Below, piece after piece: positions 11,021 through 23,154 of a DNA stretch of 64,000 bases; position 1 is the stretch's first letter, and each line of letters begins with the position of its first letter. Under the pieces are notes generated by a model that did not search any database, had not been told where the DNA came from, and was given only the letters and a program-made list of their open reading frames with translations. Location: positions 22,444,001 to 22,508,000 of the forward strand of contig OX597830.1 of assembly GCA_951406725.2 (NCBI GenBank). Direction: 5' to 3'. This stretch comes from Octopus vulgaris (taxonomy: Eukaryota). Position numbers and translations under genes: made by a program.

Positions 11021-11947
11021 TAGGGTAGGTGTGAGAGGTCAGATCTGGCCAGCTTGAATATAAAACAGGAAGAATATTTGGATTGGACATGGCTGGTTTA
11101 AATGCTAAAGGGTTAAAAACAAAAACACACCAGTTAGCAGGAGCTGACAAAAATTGTGCAGCAGCAGTAGTGAGGAATGCTGCCACATCTGTTGCATATA
11201 ATGCTACTACTACTGATATATCTTCCTGTTTTTAAACACAGTACATCCATAAGAGATATTACCTCTGAATGAACACTGCATTTAATTTGCCTTTTCACAA
11301 TGTATTTGCATTTAGTATGATTCATGGATGGTTATTTTAATCTAATACTGCTTCTTTTGCATATAATGGATAAAATAAGATAATAAAATAAAATAAAAAA
11401 AGCAAGAGAAGAACTCAAATAAATAATTGGCCACAAGTCAATGGCATGCAAGAAAGTTGGTGTTGTGCATCTCCAGGACAGTTTCAATCCCAAAGAACTA
11501 TGGCATGCAAATAGGCAGCTGAACAGTTAGGTATGACCCATAGGTCTATTGTTCCAGATGTACAATGTTTCAATGTAGTTGCATTCTCTCTACTATCCAA
11601 TCAATTTCCTTAGTTGATTAACCCAAATCAACCATGGTTATGCAAACAATATGTCCAAAGCTTTAGACATACATTTACATGGCCATCCTGACTTTATTTT
11701 CCAGATATAATATCTAGTGTTCTCATGTTACTCTAATGACATTAAAGTGTGGTTTGAAATAGATTTAGCTGCTATTTTTAGTAGGTAGATTTTTCAATGC
11801 ACCTTCCCTGTTTTTTTTAAAAGTCAGTAAGGTGTATTTTAAAGGATATGTAATTATGATCAGTTTTAGTCTGGTATGGCCATGTGGTTAAGAAGTTTGT
11901 TTCACAGCCATGTAGTTTCAGGTTCAATCTCAATGTGTGGCACCTTG

Positions 11948-12148
11948 AAGGCGGCGAGCTGGCAGAAACGTTAGTACGCTGGGCGAAATGCTTAGCGGTA
12001 TATTGTCATCTTTACGTTCTGAGTTCAATTTCCACCGAGGTTGACTTTGCCTTTCATCCTTTCAGAGTTGATAAATTAAGTACCAGTTGCATACTGGAGT
12101 TGAGCTAATCGACCCCCCCTCCTCAAAATTGTGCCTAAAGTAGAAAAG
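11948..12148 (+). mobile_element. SINE family B with 16-bp TSD, nested in an older SINE A-like copy
   Basis: aatgtgtggcaccttg at 11932-11947 and 12149-12164. Confidence 0.9.
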
Positions 12149-12574
12149 AATGTGTGGCACCTTGGACAAATGTCGTCTATTATAGCCTTGAGTTAACCAA
12201 GACCTTATGAGTGAAATTAAGTGAATGGAAACTATACAGAAACCCATCATGTGTGTGTGTTACTGTCCCCCATAAGTCTTTGCATTGATACTGCTTAGGG
12301 AGCAATAATGTTTGTTTATGTCCTGCAGCTTAACAATTCAATTCAATAAAGTGCCTTACTTGAAAACAAGGGTTGATAATAAGAAGGGCATTTGGTAGAA
12401 GCAATACTATATCAGGTGGTCATGTCCAACCCATGCCAGCATGGAAAAAGTAGACAAAAAAATGATGATGATTGATGATGATGATGATGATAAATAATCA
12501 AACCTCTGGTATTTAGTTAGACTCCATTATGTTCCAATTTAAAATCCTCCATATGTCCCCTTTATTGTTATCGT

Positions 12575-12910
12575 ATGGCTCAGTGGTTAGAGTGTCAAGT
12601 TCATAATCATGAGGTAGTGAGTTCAATTCCTGGACTGGGCTATGTGTTGTGTACTCAAGTAAGATACGTCATTTTATGTTGCTCCAGTTCACTCAGCTGT
12701 AGAGATGAGCTGTGATGTCACTGGTACCAAGCTGTATCGGCCTTTGCCTTTCCCTTGGATAACATCGGTGGCATGGAGAGGCGAGGCTGGTATGATTGGG
12801 TGACCGCTGGTCGTCCTTAAACAACCTTGTCCAGACTTGTGTCTTGGAGGGGAACTTTCTAGGTGCAATCCCATTGTCATTCATTACCGAAGGGGGTCTT
12901 TACCCTTTAT
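12575..12910 (+). mobile_element. tRNA-headed SINE family D
   Basis: Head tggctcagtggttagag...gagttcaattcc. Body homologous to 13082-13431 and 53294-53632. Confidence 0.85.
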
Positions 12911-13081
12911 TCTAAGGTCACTTGAAATAATTAAATGGGATTAATGTAACTGGTTACACCTTAGTAAAAAATAGCCCAGCATGGCCACAATCCATTATCA
13001 GAAAACAGTAAAAGAATAAGAACATTGCAATATTTTACTATCCACATCCCCAATCACTGTGCTGGGATGCAAACCTACACA

Positions 13082-13431
13082 AAAAAAAAAGGGTAAAGTC
13101 TCCCTTAGGTCATGAATGACTATGGGATTGCACCTAGAAAGTTCCCTTCTGAGGCACAAGTCCAGGCAAGGTTGTTTATGGAAGACCAACAGTCACCCAT
13201 GCATACCAGCCTCTCTTCTCCACATCACTGATGTTATCCAATGGAAAGGCAAGGGCTGATACAGCTTGGCACCAGTGACGTCACAAATCATTTCTACAGC
13301 TGAGTGAACTGGAGCAACATGAAAGAAGGTGTCTTGCTCAAGAGCACAACATGCAGCCTGGTCCAGGAATCGAACTCACTACCTCATGATTGAGAGCCTG
13401 ATGCTCTAACCACTGAGCTATGTGCCTTCAC
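13082..13431 (-). mobile_element. tRNA-headed SINE family D with 12-bp TSD
   Basis: caaacctacaca at 13070-13081 and 13432-13443. Confidence 0.9.
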
Positions 13432-14090
13432 CAAACCTACACACCAACTTTGTCTTTCATCCTTTTGGAGTCAATAAAATACAGTAACTAGTCAAGTACT
13501 GGGATTGATGTAATCGACTAAACCCCTCACACCACCCCTAAAAGTTGCTGGCCTTGTGCCAAAAGGCCAGTAATTCTAAGTAGGGACAGAGAAGTTAATG
13601 ACATTGGTCACTGTGCTCAACTGGTACTTGTTTTGTAGACCTCGAAAGGATGAAGAGAAACGTCAGCTTCAACAGCATTTGAACTCAGGATGTGAAGAGC
13701 TACAAAAAAATGCCACTAAGCATTTCGTCTCATGCAACAGCAATTCCACTTGTTTGCCACTTAAAAAACAAACAACAACAAACAAACAATTATTCATGTT
13801 ATGGTTGTTTAAGGAGGTGAGCTGGCAGAATTTTCAACATGCTGGGCGAAATGTTAAGCAGGTATTTCGTCTGTCTTTATGTTCTGAGTTCAAATTCTGT
13901 CAGGATCAACTTTGCCCTTCATCCTTTCAGGGTTGATAAGATAAGTACCAATCGAACACAGAGGTTGATTTAATCAACTTAGCCCCATTACCCTGCCAAA
14001 CTTGCTTTGAAGCCAATATCATGATTATTTTTCAGACGGGTAAAATGCTTAGAGGCATTTTGTTCAACTTGATGTGGTATATGCAAAGTA

Positions 14091-14319
14091 TTAACCCTTT
14101 CATTACCGTATTTATTTCGAGATGCACTGTCTTTCTTTCAATAACTTTAGATGTAACAAAGAATTGAGTAAAATAACTTAGTTATCATTCAGCTAGTGTT
14201 AGGAACGTAAATTGTGACTAAGGTTTGGTGGAAGATTTTAATTCAAAGCTTATGAAAACAAGACATTTGTACTACAGAGCCAGAGGCAGTTTCAGCCGGG
14301 TTGGTAACGAAAGGGTTAA
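14091..14319. mobile_element. piggyBac-type MITE (TTAA|CCCTTT...AAAGGG|TTAA)
   Basis: ttaaccctttcattacc ... ggtaacgaaagggttaa. Relatives at 46591 and about 51357-51573. Confidence 0.8.
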
Positions 14320-14348
14320 AAGACGTTCAGGGAAAGAAAGAAAGGGTG

Positions 14349-14381
14349 TTTTATGTTTCGAGCAAAGCTCTTCTTCAGAAA
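14349..14381 (-). ncRNA. Minimal type-I hammerhead ribozyme-like motif
   Basis: UUU-CUGAAGA-A-GAGC-UUU-GCUC-GAAA-C-AUA-AAA. Both core boxes intact and stem II perfect. The downstream flank (TCCCTGAACG) resembles the flank of the 57957 copy (TTCCTGAGCG). Confidence 0.6.
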
Positions 14382-15469
14382 GTTTTGAGCTTGAATTGTG
14401 CCAAGGTTTACTTTGCTTGTCACCTTTCAAGGTCATCATCACCATTTAGCATCTGGTCTCCATGCTGGCATGGGTTAGACAGTTTGACTGGAACTGGTAA
14501 GCCGGAGAGCTAAAATAAATACGTCTTGAGCACTGGGGTCGATGTAATCGACTTTTTCCCTCTCCACAAATTGTTGGCCTTGTTCCAAAAGTTGGAATCA
14601 ATATTATGGTTATTTTTGTTGTTGTTTTTATTACTATAGATGCTTTTGTTTCCAGATTTTCAGTTTCAGAGCAAAAATAAAACTGAAAATCCAATAAAAT
14701 GAGCGGTCAATAAAACAGAAATTCAATGAAGTGAGAATTCACAAAAAACCCCCCAAAAAACAAAAAAAGAAGCCAAAAATGTAGTTGCCAACACTGTTAT
14801 TATGAACGTGAGAAATGCCATATTATTTTACAGAAAAGATATAACAGCAATTAAAAATAAACAAACAACGACTTCCACTTAACGACTTTGTAAAGTTGTG
14901 AAGCAAGTTTTTTAAGTGAGTCATTAAAACTGGGAATTTAAATGATACAATAGTGAGAAAACTCGTTAAAGTACAAAGGCTGATGGATTTATGTAGTTGG
15001 GAATATTGTGAGTTCAAACTATACCGCAGGTATAAAAGTAAACATAGTCTATGTGTTCTACTAAAAAAAAGGTCTATATGGTTGTTTTGTTTTTTACTTG
15101 TTTCAGTCAGTTGCGGCCAGGCCTGGGCATCGCTTTCAACAGTTTAGAGAAAACAAATCAACCCCAAGCTCTGTCGGGGCAAACCTGTTATCAGATATGC
15201 TTTTACTGTAACCATTGCATCTTTCTGTATATCCTGGTTCACAATGTCTCAGTTTCTTTTCAAGGCTTCTAAATACTTGAAAGAGGTGCCTTTAACTATT
15301 GTTCGAGTGTGCTGGTGTGTTTAGGCCCTCGTAACTTAGCAGTTTGGCAAAAGAGACCAATAGAATAAGTACTAGGCTTCCAAAGAATAAGTCCTGGGGG
15401 CGATTTGCTCGACTAAAGGCGGTGCTCCAGCATGGCCACAGTCAACTGATTGAAACAAGTAAAAGAGAG

Positions 15470-15855
15470 AGAGCTGATGTACTCGCCTCTAGTTTATTTA
15501 ATTTATACACTGAAAGGTTTTCAAGGAAGACATACCAGGGGCGTCAATATGAGGTACGAATATCAACAATGGCTTAGAAATACAGAAGACACTGCCTTAA
15601 CATTCAGCAAAAACAACCACGTGTAATTACAACAAATGACAAAGAAATGACCTATGGAATGGCAATGAATGTAAAGAAAATAAAATCAATGATAAACAGC
15701 AAGAAAACAACAGTCACCTTAAAATAAATTTTACAATTGATAGAAAGCCAACTGCATGAATTTAGATAAGGAGCAAAATCAACAAAATGTTATATATCAA
15801 TTCTCATAGTAAATAAATGTCTTTTTTTTTTCATGGCTTAGTTAGAGGAAGAAGG
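15470..15855 (+). pseudogene. Decayed RTE/BovB-like LINE reverse transcriptase fragment
   Basis: Frameshifted remnants 'VLASSLFNLYTE' and 'TNINN..LR..EDTAL', similar to RT motifs CVLSPxLFNLYxE and NINNLRYADDTAL. Confidence 0.6.
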
Positions 15856-16084
15856 ACAATGTCTCAGTTTCTTTTCAAGGCTTCGTAATACTTGAAAGAG
15901 GTGCCTTTAACTATTGTTCGCAGTACCTGAGGGCCCCAGGTAATGATGTTAAAATAGATGAGAGATTAAGTCTATAGCAATCAACTAAGGAGGCTATGCC
16001 ATGTGGTTAAGAAGCTTGCTTTGCTACCATGTGATTTTAGGTTCAGTGCCACCATAGAGCACTTTAGACCAGTGAGTCAATTTT

Positions 16085-16420
16085 GGATAGACACTTTGAG
16101 GCACTTGTGCCAGTGGCACGTGAAAAGATTATTCGAGTGAGGTCGTTGCCAGTGCCGCTGGACTGGCTCCTGAGCAGGTGGTATGTAAAGACACCATTTG
16201 AGCATGGCCATTGCCAGTACTGCCTGACTGGCCCTCATACTGGTGGCATGTAAAAGCACCCACTACACTCTCGGTGTGGTTGGCATTAGGGAGGGCATCC
16301 AGCTGTAGAAACTGCCAGATCAGACTGGAACCTGGTGCAGCCATCTGGTTTGCCAGTCCTCAGTCAAATCGTCCAACCCATGCCAGCATGGAAAACAGAT
16401 GTTAAACGACGATGATGATG
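16085..16420 (+). mobile_element. SINE-like family C
   Basis: Highly similar to 32585-32912. Ends gttaaacgacgatgatgatg. Confidence 0.8.
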
Positions 16421-16423
16421 ATA

Positions 16424-16477
<54 letters not shown>

Positions 16478-16523
16478 TACACCCATCTACATAACTTTAT
16501 ATCTTCCTTGGAGCATTTAAAAT

Positions 16524-16602
16524 GCTCTGAAGAAGCTATAAGGTGATGCACAAGCATTCAGCTGTGAGTGCACAGCTTTTTGTAGCAGAAACAACAGTAA
16601 GT
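16524..16602 (+). ncRNA. Hammerhead-like motif with extended stem II (decayed)
   Basis: GCU-CUGAAGA-A-GCUAUAAG...UUUGUAGC-A-GAAAC-AACA-GUA-AGU. 8-bp stem II base with further UGCAC/GUGCA pairing. Confidence 0.4.
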
Positions 16603-17957
16603 TAATGAAGCTGATTACGTAATTCCTGTTCCCTTGTCATTCCATTATATATAACATATATTACGCACTATAGAAGATAATATTTTAAAAAAGTAAGAAA
16701 ATTTAATATTGGTTTGAAATTTTGGCACAATTTCAGAGGAGGGGTTAAGTCAATTACATCAACTCCAGTGCTCAACTGCTATTTATTTTATTGACCCCGC
16801 AAGGATAAAAGGCAAAGCTGGACCTCTGTGGAATTAGATCTCAGAATGTAAAGACAGACAAAATGCTGCTGAGCATTTGGCCTGGCATACTAACGGTCCT
16901 GCTAGCTTGGTACCTTAGAAGAGAATTTAATATAAAATTTCCTTTGAATAAATTCAATATTGGCTATCATTTTTGATGACATTGGTATATAAGATATATA
17001 TATATGTATATAAGCTTTGAATGTAAATTGTGACAGCAGGCAAAAATGACATTTCACAGGAAATTAAAGTACTAGGTGACTAATTCTTGATTCAGTTTCA
17101 AATGTCATTTGTGTCAGCATGCACACTTCATTTAAATATAGAAAATTAATTCTGAAATAAGAATTTTATTTACATACATAATTCTTAAATATAAAAACAA
17201 TTTCAATAAAGATTTATTGTAATCACTAATGGGAAAATAATCAATACCACCATGAGCCTGAAATTTTGGAGAAGGAGCTTGTTGATAACATTGGCCCCAG
17301 TGCTTGAGTGGTACTTATTACTTTGACCCCAAAGGGATAAAACACAAAGTTGACCTCAACGGAATTTGAACTCAGAACGTAAAGGCAGACAAAATGCCGC
17401 TAAGCATTTCATGTTGTGTGCTGATGATTCTGCCAGCTTGCAGCCTTACTAATGGAAAAATGTTGGTTTCAAATTTAGGCACAAGGCCAGCAATTTTGAG
17501 GGATAGGTAAGTGGATTTCGTTGACTCCCAGTGCTCGACTGGTATTTATTTTATCAACCCCAAAAGGATAAAACACAAAGTTGACCTCAGTGGAATTTGA
17601 ACTCAGAACGTAAAGGCAGACAAAATGCTGCTAAGCATTTCATCTGGCATGCTAACAATTCTGCTAGCTGTCACCTTATTAACGGAAAAATAATAATTGT
17701 CGTTATTCCGTCTTTTAAAAGATTAACTGTGAGTTTTAACCCTTTAACTGTGTAATTTAATTTTATGGGTTTTTCTCATAATGAAGTTAATTATCCACTA
17801 AAACATAGAATTGGTATTTTCTGAAAGTCACATTGCCTATAAATTTGACATATTTCCTAATAAGATATTTTGAAACATGACATTCCTCAACAAAAGACAG
17901 ATTGGTATATAAAACAGCTTTCTACAATTAAGGAAATAAAATTTTGAGTGGATATAT

Positions 17958-18707
17958 ACTCTTTTACTTGTTTCAGTCATTTGACTGCGGCCATGCTGGA
18001 GCACCGCCTTTAGTCGAGCAAATCGACCCCGGGACTTATTCTTTGTAAGCCCAGTACTTATTGTATCGGTCTCTTTTGCCGAACCGCTAAGTAACGGGGA
18101 CGTAAACACACCAGCATCGGTTGTCAAGCAATGCTAGGGGTACAAACACAGACACACAAACACATAGGAGTGGCTGTGTGGTAAGTAGCTTGCTAACCAA
18201 CCACACGGTTGCGGGTTCAGTCTCACTGCGTGGCATCTTGGGCAAGTGTCTTCTGCTATAGCCCCGGGCCGACCAATGCCTTATGAGTGGATTTGGTAGA
18301 CGGAAACTGAAAGAAGCCTGTCGTATATATGTATATATATGTATATGTGTGTGTGTTTGTGTGTCTGTGTTTGTCCCCCTAGCATTGCTTGACAACTGAT
18401 GCTGGTGTGTTTAGGTCCCCGTCACTTAGCAGTTCGGCAAAAAGAGACCGATAGAATAAGTACTAAAAGGTGGTGCTCCAGCATGGCCGCAGTCAAATGA
18501 CTGAAACAAGTAAAAAGAGAAAAAGAGTAAAGAGTATATATACGACAGGCTTCTTTCAGTTTCCGTCTACCAAATCCACTCACAAGGCATTGGTCGGCCC
18601 GGGGCTATAGCAGAAGACACTTGCCCAAGATGCCACGCAGTGGGACTGAACCCGGAACCATGTGGCTGGTTAGCAAGCTACTTACCACACAGCCACTCCT
18701 GCGCCTA
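17958..18707. mobile_element. Minus-strand SINE A interrupted in its microsatellite by a plus-strand SINE A (about 18167-18534)
   Basis: Order is tail(-), head(+), tail(+), head(-). Confidence 0.85.
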
Positions 18708-20287
18708 TCTGAATTTCTGCAGTAAAAGTGTTAATAGGAAATCATCATCATCATCACCCTCATCACCACCATCATTATCACCAATATCACCACCACCACC
18801 ATCATCATTAAGGTGGCGGGCTGGTAGAATCGTTAGCAGGCCGGGCAAAATGCTTGGCAACATTTCGTCTGTCCTTACGTTCTGAGTTCAAATTCTGCTG
18901 GGGTTGACTGTGCCCTTCATCCTTTCAGAGTCGATAAAATACATACCAGTTAAACACTGGGGTCAATTTAATCAACTCAGCCCCTCCCCTAAACCTGCTG
19001 GCTTTGTGACAAAATTTGAAACCAGTATTATTATTATTATTATTATATTCACTTTTTCCATGATGGTATGGGTTAGGTGAGATTCCTTGAAGCAGTATTC
19101 TATAGCCAGATGCTCCACCTGATATCAAACCTCACTTGCTTTCAAGTGAGGTACTTCATTCTACTGGTCTTTGCATGTTGCTCTGCCAAGCTGTTGTACA
19201 CATTGTTTATTTAGAAGATAGACAAACATCATGGGGATGACAGAGGACGGAGACTTCTGGAGGTTTGCTGCGCTTGAAAAGATATGTTAAGCTAAGTAAA
19301 AGCATGGTTGCCCTTGCATACAGGCTCACCCGCTGCAACCCTCTCCAGATGAGCATCCCTAATCTCATGGGCTCAGTGCTGGTGTCACATAAAAAGTACC
19401 CATTACCCTCTGTAAAGTGGTTGGCATTTGGAAGAGCATCCAGCTGTAGAAACCATGCAAAAACAAACGGAACCCGAACAGCCCTTCAGCTAGTCAGCTC
19501 CTGCCAAACTGTGCAACCCATGCCAGCATGGAAAACAGACATATGATGATAATAATGATGGATGATGATATAGGTGCAGACATGTCTGTGTGGTTAAGAA
19601 ACTTGCTTTGCAAGCACATGGTTTTGAGTTCAGTCCCACAGTGTGGCACTTTGGGCAAGTAATTTCTACTACAGTCCCATGTTGACTGATGCTTTGTGAA
19701 TGAATTTGGTAACCAGAAACTGTGTGGAAGCTTGTCATATATGTGTATGTGTGTGTATGTCTCTGTGTCTGTGTTTATCACCCCTCACCATCGCTTGACA
19801 ACTGGCGCTGGTGTATTCATGTCCCTGTAACTTAGCAGTTTGGCAAAAGAGACCGATAGAATAAGTATTAAGCTTAAAAAAAAAAAAATCTAAGTACTAA
19901 GGTTGATTCATTCGACTAAAAATTCAAGGCGGTGCCCCAGCATGGCCGCAATCAAATGACTGAAACAAGTAAAAGAAAAGAACACAAAAATATACATACA
20001 CCTACGCAGACACACACAGCTGTGACTACAGACTAATCTCTGCCCAAAATAAGAACAATAGCTTTAAGCTGATATGAACAGCTGACAAACAGACATTACT
20101 GAAAACTCAACTGATCTTCACAGATTTCTTATTTGCCCCACCCACTCTCTTCAGATCAATCGGGCTGATTATTGATAGGATTCATATTGACAAAGAATAA
20201 TCAAAGCTATCAAATAATGATTTTTAAAAATTAGGCATTAAATCTCTGAGTATGTGGGAGGAAAGTTCCTGATGTTTAACGCTTTGT

Positions 20288-20516
20288 TTAACCCTTTAGC
20301 ATTTAAACTGGCCATATCCGGCCAAAAGTATTCTGCCTGTTTTATGTTCAAACTGGCCAGATCTGGTCTCTCACACCAACCCTACAATATCGTTTTAAAA
20401 ATTAACAGCTACCTCATCAAAATCTCAAAGCCACAAGATAATGCATTATTAGTTCAAAACAATGTGGATAAAAAAGGATTAATTTTGGCAGAATAATGTG
20501 AACACTAAAGGGTTAA
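20288..20516. mobile_element. piggyBac-type MITE
   Basis: TTAA|CCCTTTAG ... CTAAAGGG|TTAA. Relatives at 10531, about 37572-37788 and about 55000-55228. Confidence 0.8.
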
Positions 20517-20714
20517 TGGTTCTCTCATTTGTACAAGGTTTTGTTACATTAAGTGCAAAGTATAAAGCCTTGTATCATTGATGAAAAGGATTAGGTTAGA
20601 GACAGAGAGAAGGAGTTGGTTTTATCAAGGTCTATTGAAGACTTCTAAATGTGAGTAGCCGTGTAACTCTACATAAAGAACCTGCTTTCCTTCCATGTAT
20701 CTCATACTTTAACC

Positions 20715-20891
20715 CAATGCTTTTCAAACTTTTTGCTGGAGTGGAACCCCAAGGAAACATTCCACTGGCTCAAGGAACCCCTGTGCAATAATTTAATTGT
20801 CTTATGCACACATATCTGCACAGGAGAATTAAAAATTAGTCGATTTTAGCATTTTTGTAACTTCTTGCGGAACCCTGGTTGAAAACCACTG
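20715..20891. mobile_element. hAT-type MITE with 8-bp TSD
   Basis: ctttaacc|caatgcttttcaaac ... ggttgaaaaccactg|ctttaacc. Confidence 0.85.
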
Positions 20892-21153
20892 CTTTAACCA
20901 CTCATCTCCTAGCATAAAGCTGTTCCTCCGACACCACCTGGGATTTTGTAGTCTTGCAAGCAACATAGCAGCTTTAATATAAGAAGATGGGTGGGGTGCA
21001 AGTTAAGTTTTTGTGATATCTCTATTTCTTATTTTTTTTACTGGCATGGGTTTGAGGGCTAGAAAAGATCCAACAGGTCCAAAGGACTGTAGCATTCTTT
21101 TGTGTCTGTTCTGACATACATGGTTTCAATGGCTTGATGCCCTTCCTAATACC

Positions 21154-21411
21154 TATTTCTTTACTACCCACAAGGAGCTAAACACAGAGGGGACAAACAA
21201 GGACAGACATAGGTATTAAGTCGATTACATCGACCCCAGTGCGTAACTGGTACTTAATTTATCGACCCCGAAAGGATGAAAAGCAAAGCCGACCTCGGCG
21301 AAATTTGAACTCAGAACGTAACAGCAGACGAAATACCGCTAAGCATTTCGCCCGGCATGCTAACGTTTCTGCCAGCTCGCTGCCTTTCTGTAATCACTAA
21401 TGGGAAAATAA
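21154..21411 (-). mobile_element. Young SINE family B with 11-bp TSD and extra 5' filler
   Basis: ttcctaatacc at 21143-21153 and 21412-21422. Nearly identical to 7550-7782. Confidence 0.88.
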
Positions 21412-22149
21412 TTCCTAATACCAGTTGCTTTGCAGCATGTACTGGTACTTTTTTCATGAATCCTTTACTTGTTGAGCAAGTATTTCTCCCTTGTTTTAAC
21501 TTGGGAATTTTAAGCTAGTCAAGTTATTTTTCAGCAAGACTAAATACATTCTTAAATGCAGAATCTGCAATATTGTGCCTTTCACAGTTTTATTGACCGC
21601 ACAATGATGAAAGAAATTCAACCTTGGTGGGGGACAAACACAGACATACACACGGAAGGCTTCTTTCAGTTTCCAAATCCACTCACAGGGCATTGGTTAG
21701 CCTGAGGCTTAGTACAAGACACTTGACTAAGTTGCCATGCAGTGGGACTGAACCCAGAACCATGTGGTTGGAAGCAAATTTCATGAGGTCTCAAATTTGT
21801 ATGGAAAGGATAGTACTGAATATGTGATCTTTTGAGAATATGTACATATTTGCACTTGCTTTCCATCAGCAATCTGATGAGAATAAGTACTAAAATTGTC
21901 AGGTAATGTTACACTGAGTAAGAATGGTGTCCAGTTCAAGCTGACATTTATCTCCAGTTCATGTCATTTGAAAATTTAGTTAAATACTGATTCTCAAGAG
22001 GCTTTCTGGATTGAAGAGACATTCATTTTTAATGTCATTAGAATAAAGTAATTTTTTTATCCAATGAAAAATGATAGCAATGAAAGCATTATATGAATCA
22101 TTGAACTTTATTTCTCCTCATAGCACACCAGTATAGACTATCACGTACC

Positions 22150-22528
22150 CTCTTTACTCTTTTACTTGTTTCAGTCATTTGACTGTGGCCATGCTGGGGC
22201 ACTGCCTTTAGTCGAGCAAATCGACCCCAGGACTTATTCTTTGGAAGCCTAGTACTTATTCTATCGGTCTCTTTTGCCGAACCACTAAGTTACGGGGACG
22301 TAAACACACCAGCATCGGTTGTCAAGCGATGTTAGGGGGACAAACACAGACACACACATATATACGATGGACTTCTTTCAGTTTCCGTCTACCAAATCCA
22401 CTCACAAGCCTTTGGTCGGCCCGAGGTTATAGTAGAAGACACTTGCCCAAGGTGCCACGCAGTGGGACTGAACCCAGAACCATGTGGTTGGTAAGGAAGC
22501 TACTTACCACACAGCCACTCCTGCGCCT
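22150..22528 (-). mobile_element. Full-length SINE family A
   Basis: Complete head and tail, with CpGs largely retained. Confidence 0.88.
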
Positions 22529-23154
22529 ATAATATTTGATTAATATTTTATTCTGGTGGGTCCCCATTGCCATTTGATGTTTAAAAACTAGTTTTATTGA
22601 AACTTTCAAAATTCCTATTTTGTTTTTCACACATTCACTTGTTTAGGTTGAACTATTTAAAATGTTAGAGAAAGAAACCTAGCTGTTTCTTGCAATACAT
22701 ACCAACACATATATCTAAAGCAAATTTTTCTTTAGGGGTCCTTAAAATACTACAGTGGATTTACTATTTTGTTGCATTGACCTCACCCCAATCTGATATG
22801 GACCCTGGTTGAGGACAACTAATCTAGAGGTTGCTGCGCATGCTCGTCGTACTTGAAGTTACAGAAGTTGGTGCCACAGAGGGCTGAGTTCAAATTTCTC
22901 AGGCACTGAAAATAAGTGCTTGTAGATAAGCACCATTTCTTCAGAAATGGTTTCGTCACTCGTCAAATACGAAGCACTACATGGTGCTGTCTTGTTTAGC
23001 CCTAAGTAAACCCTGATTGACCAAATTTATGATTAAAAGAATTCCACTCAAGACTACATTATCCAATGTGTCCTCTTTTTTCTAAGGCAGTGTATAATAT
23101 TAGGAAAATTTGGTTGCTATTTCTAACAGGTAGAACTGATGAACACACAGAGAC

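Noticed and set aside
12575-12645. tRNA-like sequences (also 13360-13425 and 53560-53625)
   Set aside because: They are SINE heads followed by a shared body, two of them with clear TSDs, and the cloverleaf pairing is imperfect.
20060-20130. Minus-strand GUGAAGAU-CAGUUGA...UCAGCUG hairpin resembling hammerhead stem II (a similar weak case at 570-610)
   Set aside because: Core boxes are not recoverable without many substitutions.
22925-22970. Minus-strand UUGACGA-GUGAC-GAAA-CCAUUUC-UGAA-GAAAUGG-UG hammerhead look-alike
   Set aside because: Good stem III, but no real stem II or stem I, C3 is missing, and G sits at the cleavage position.
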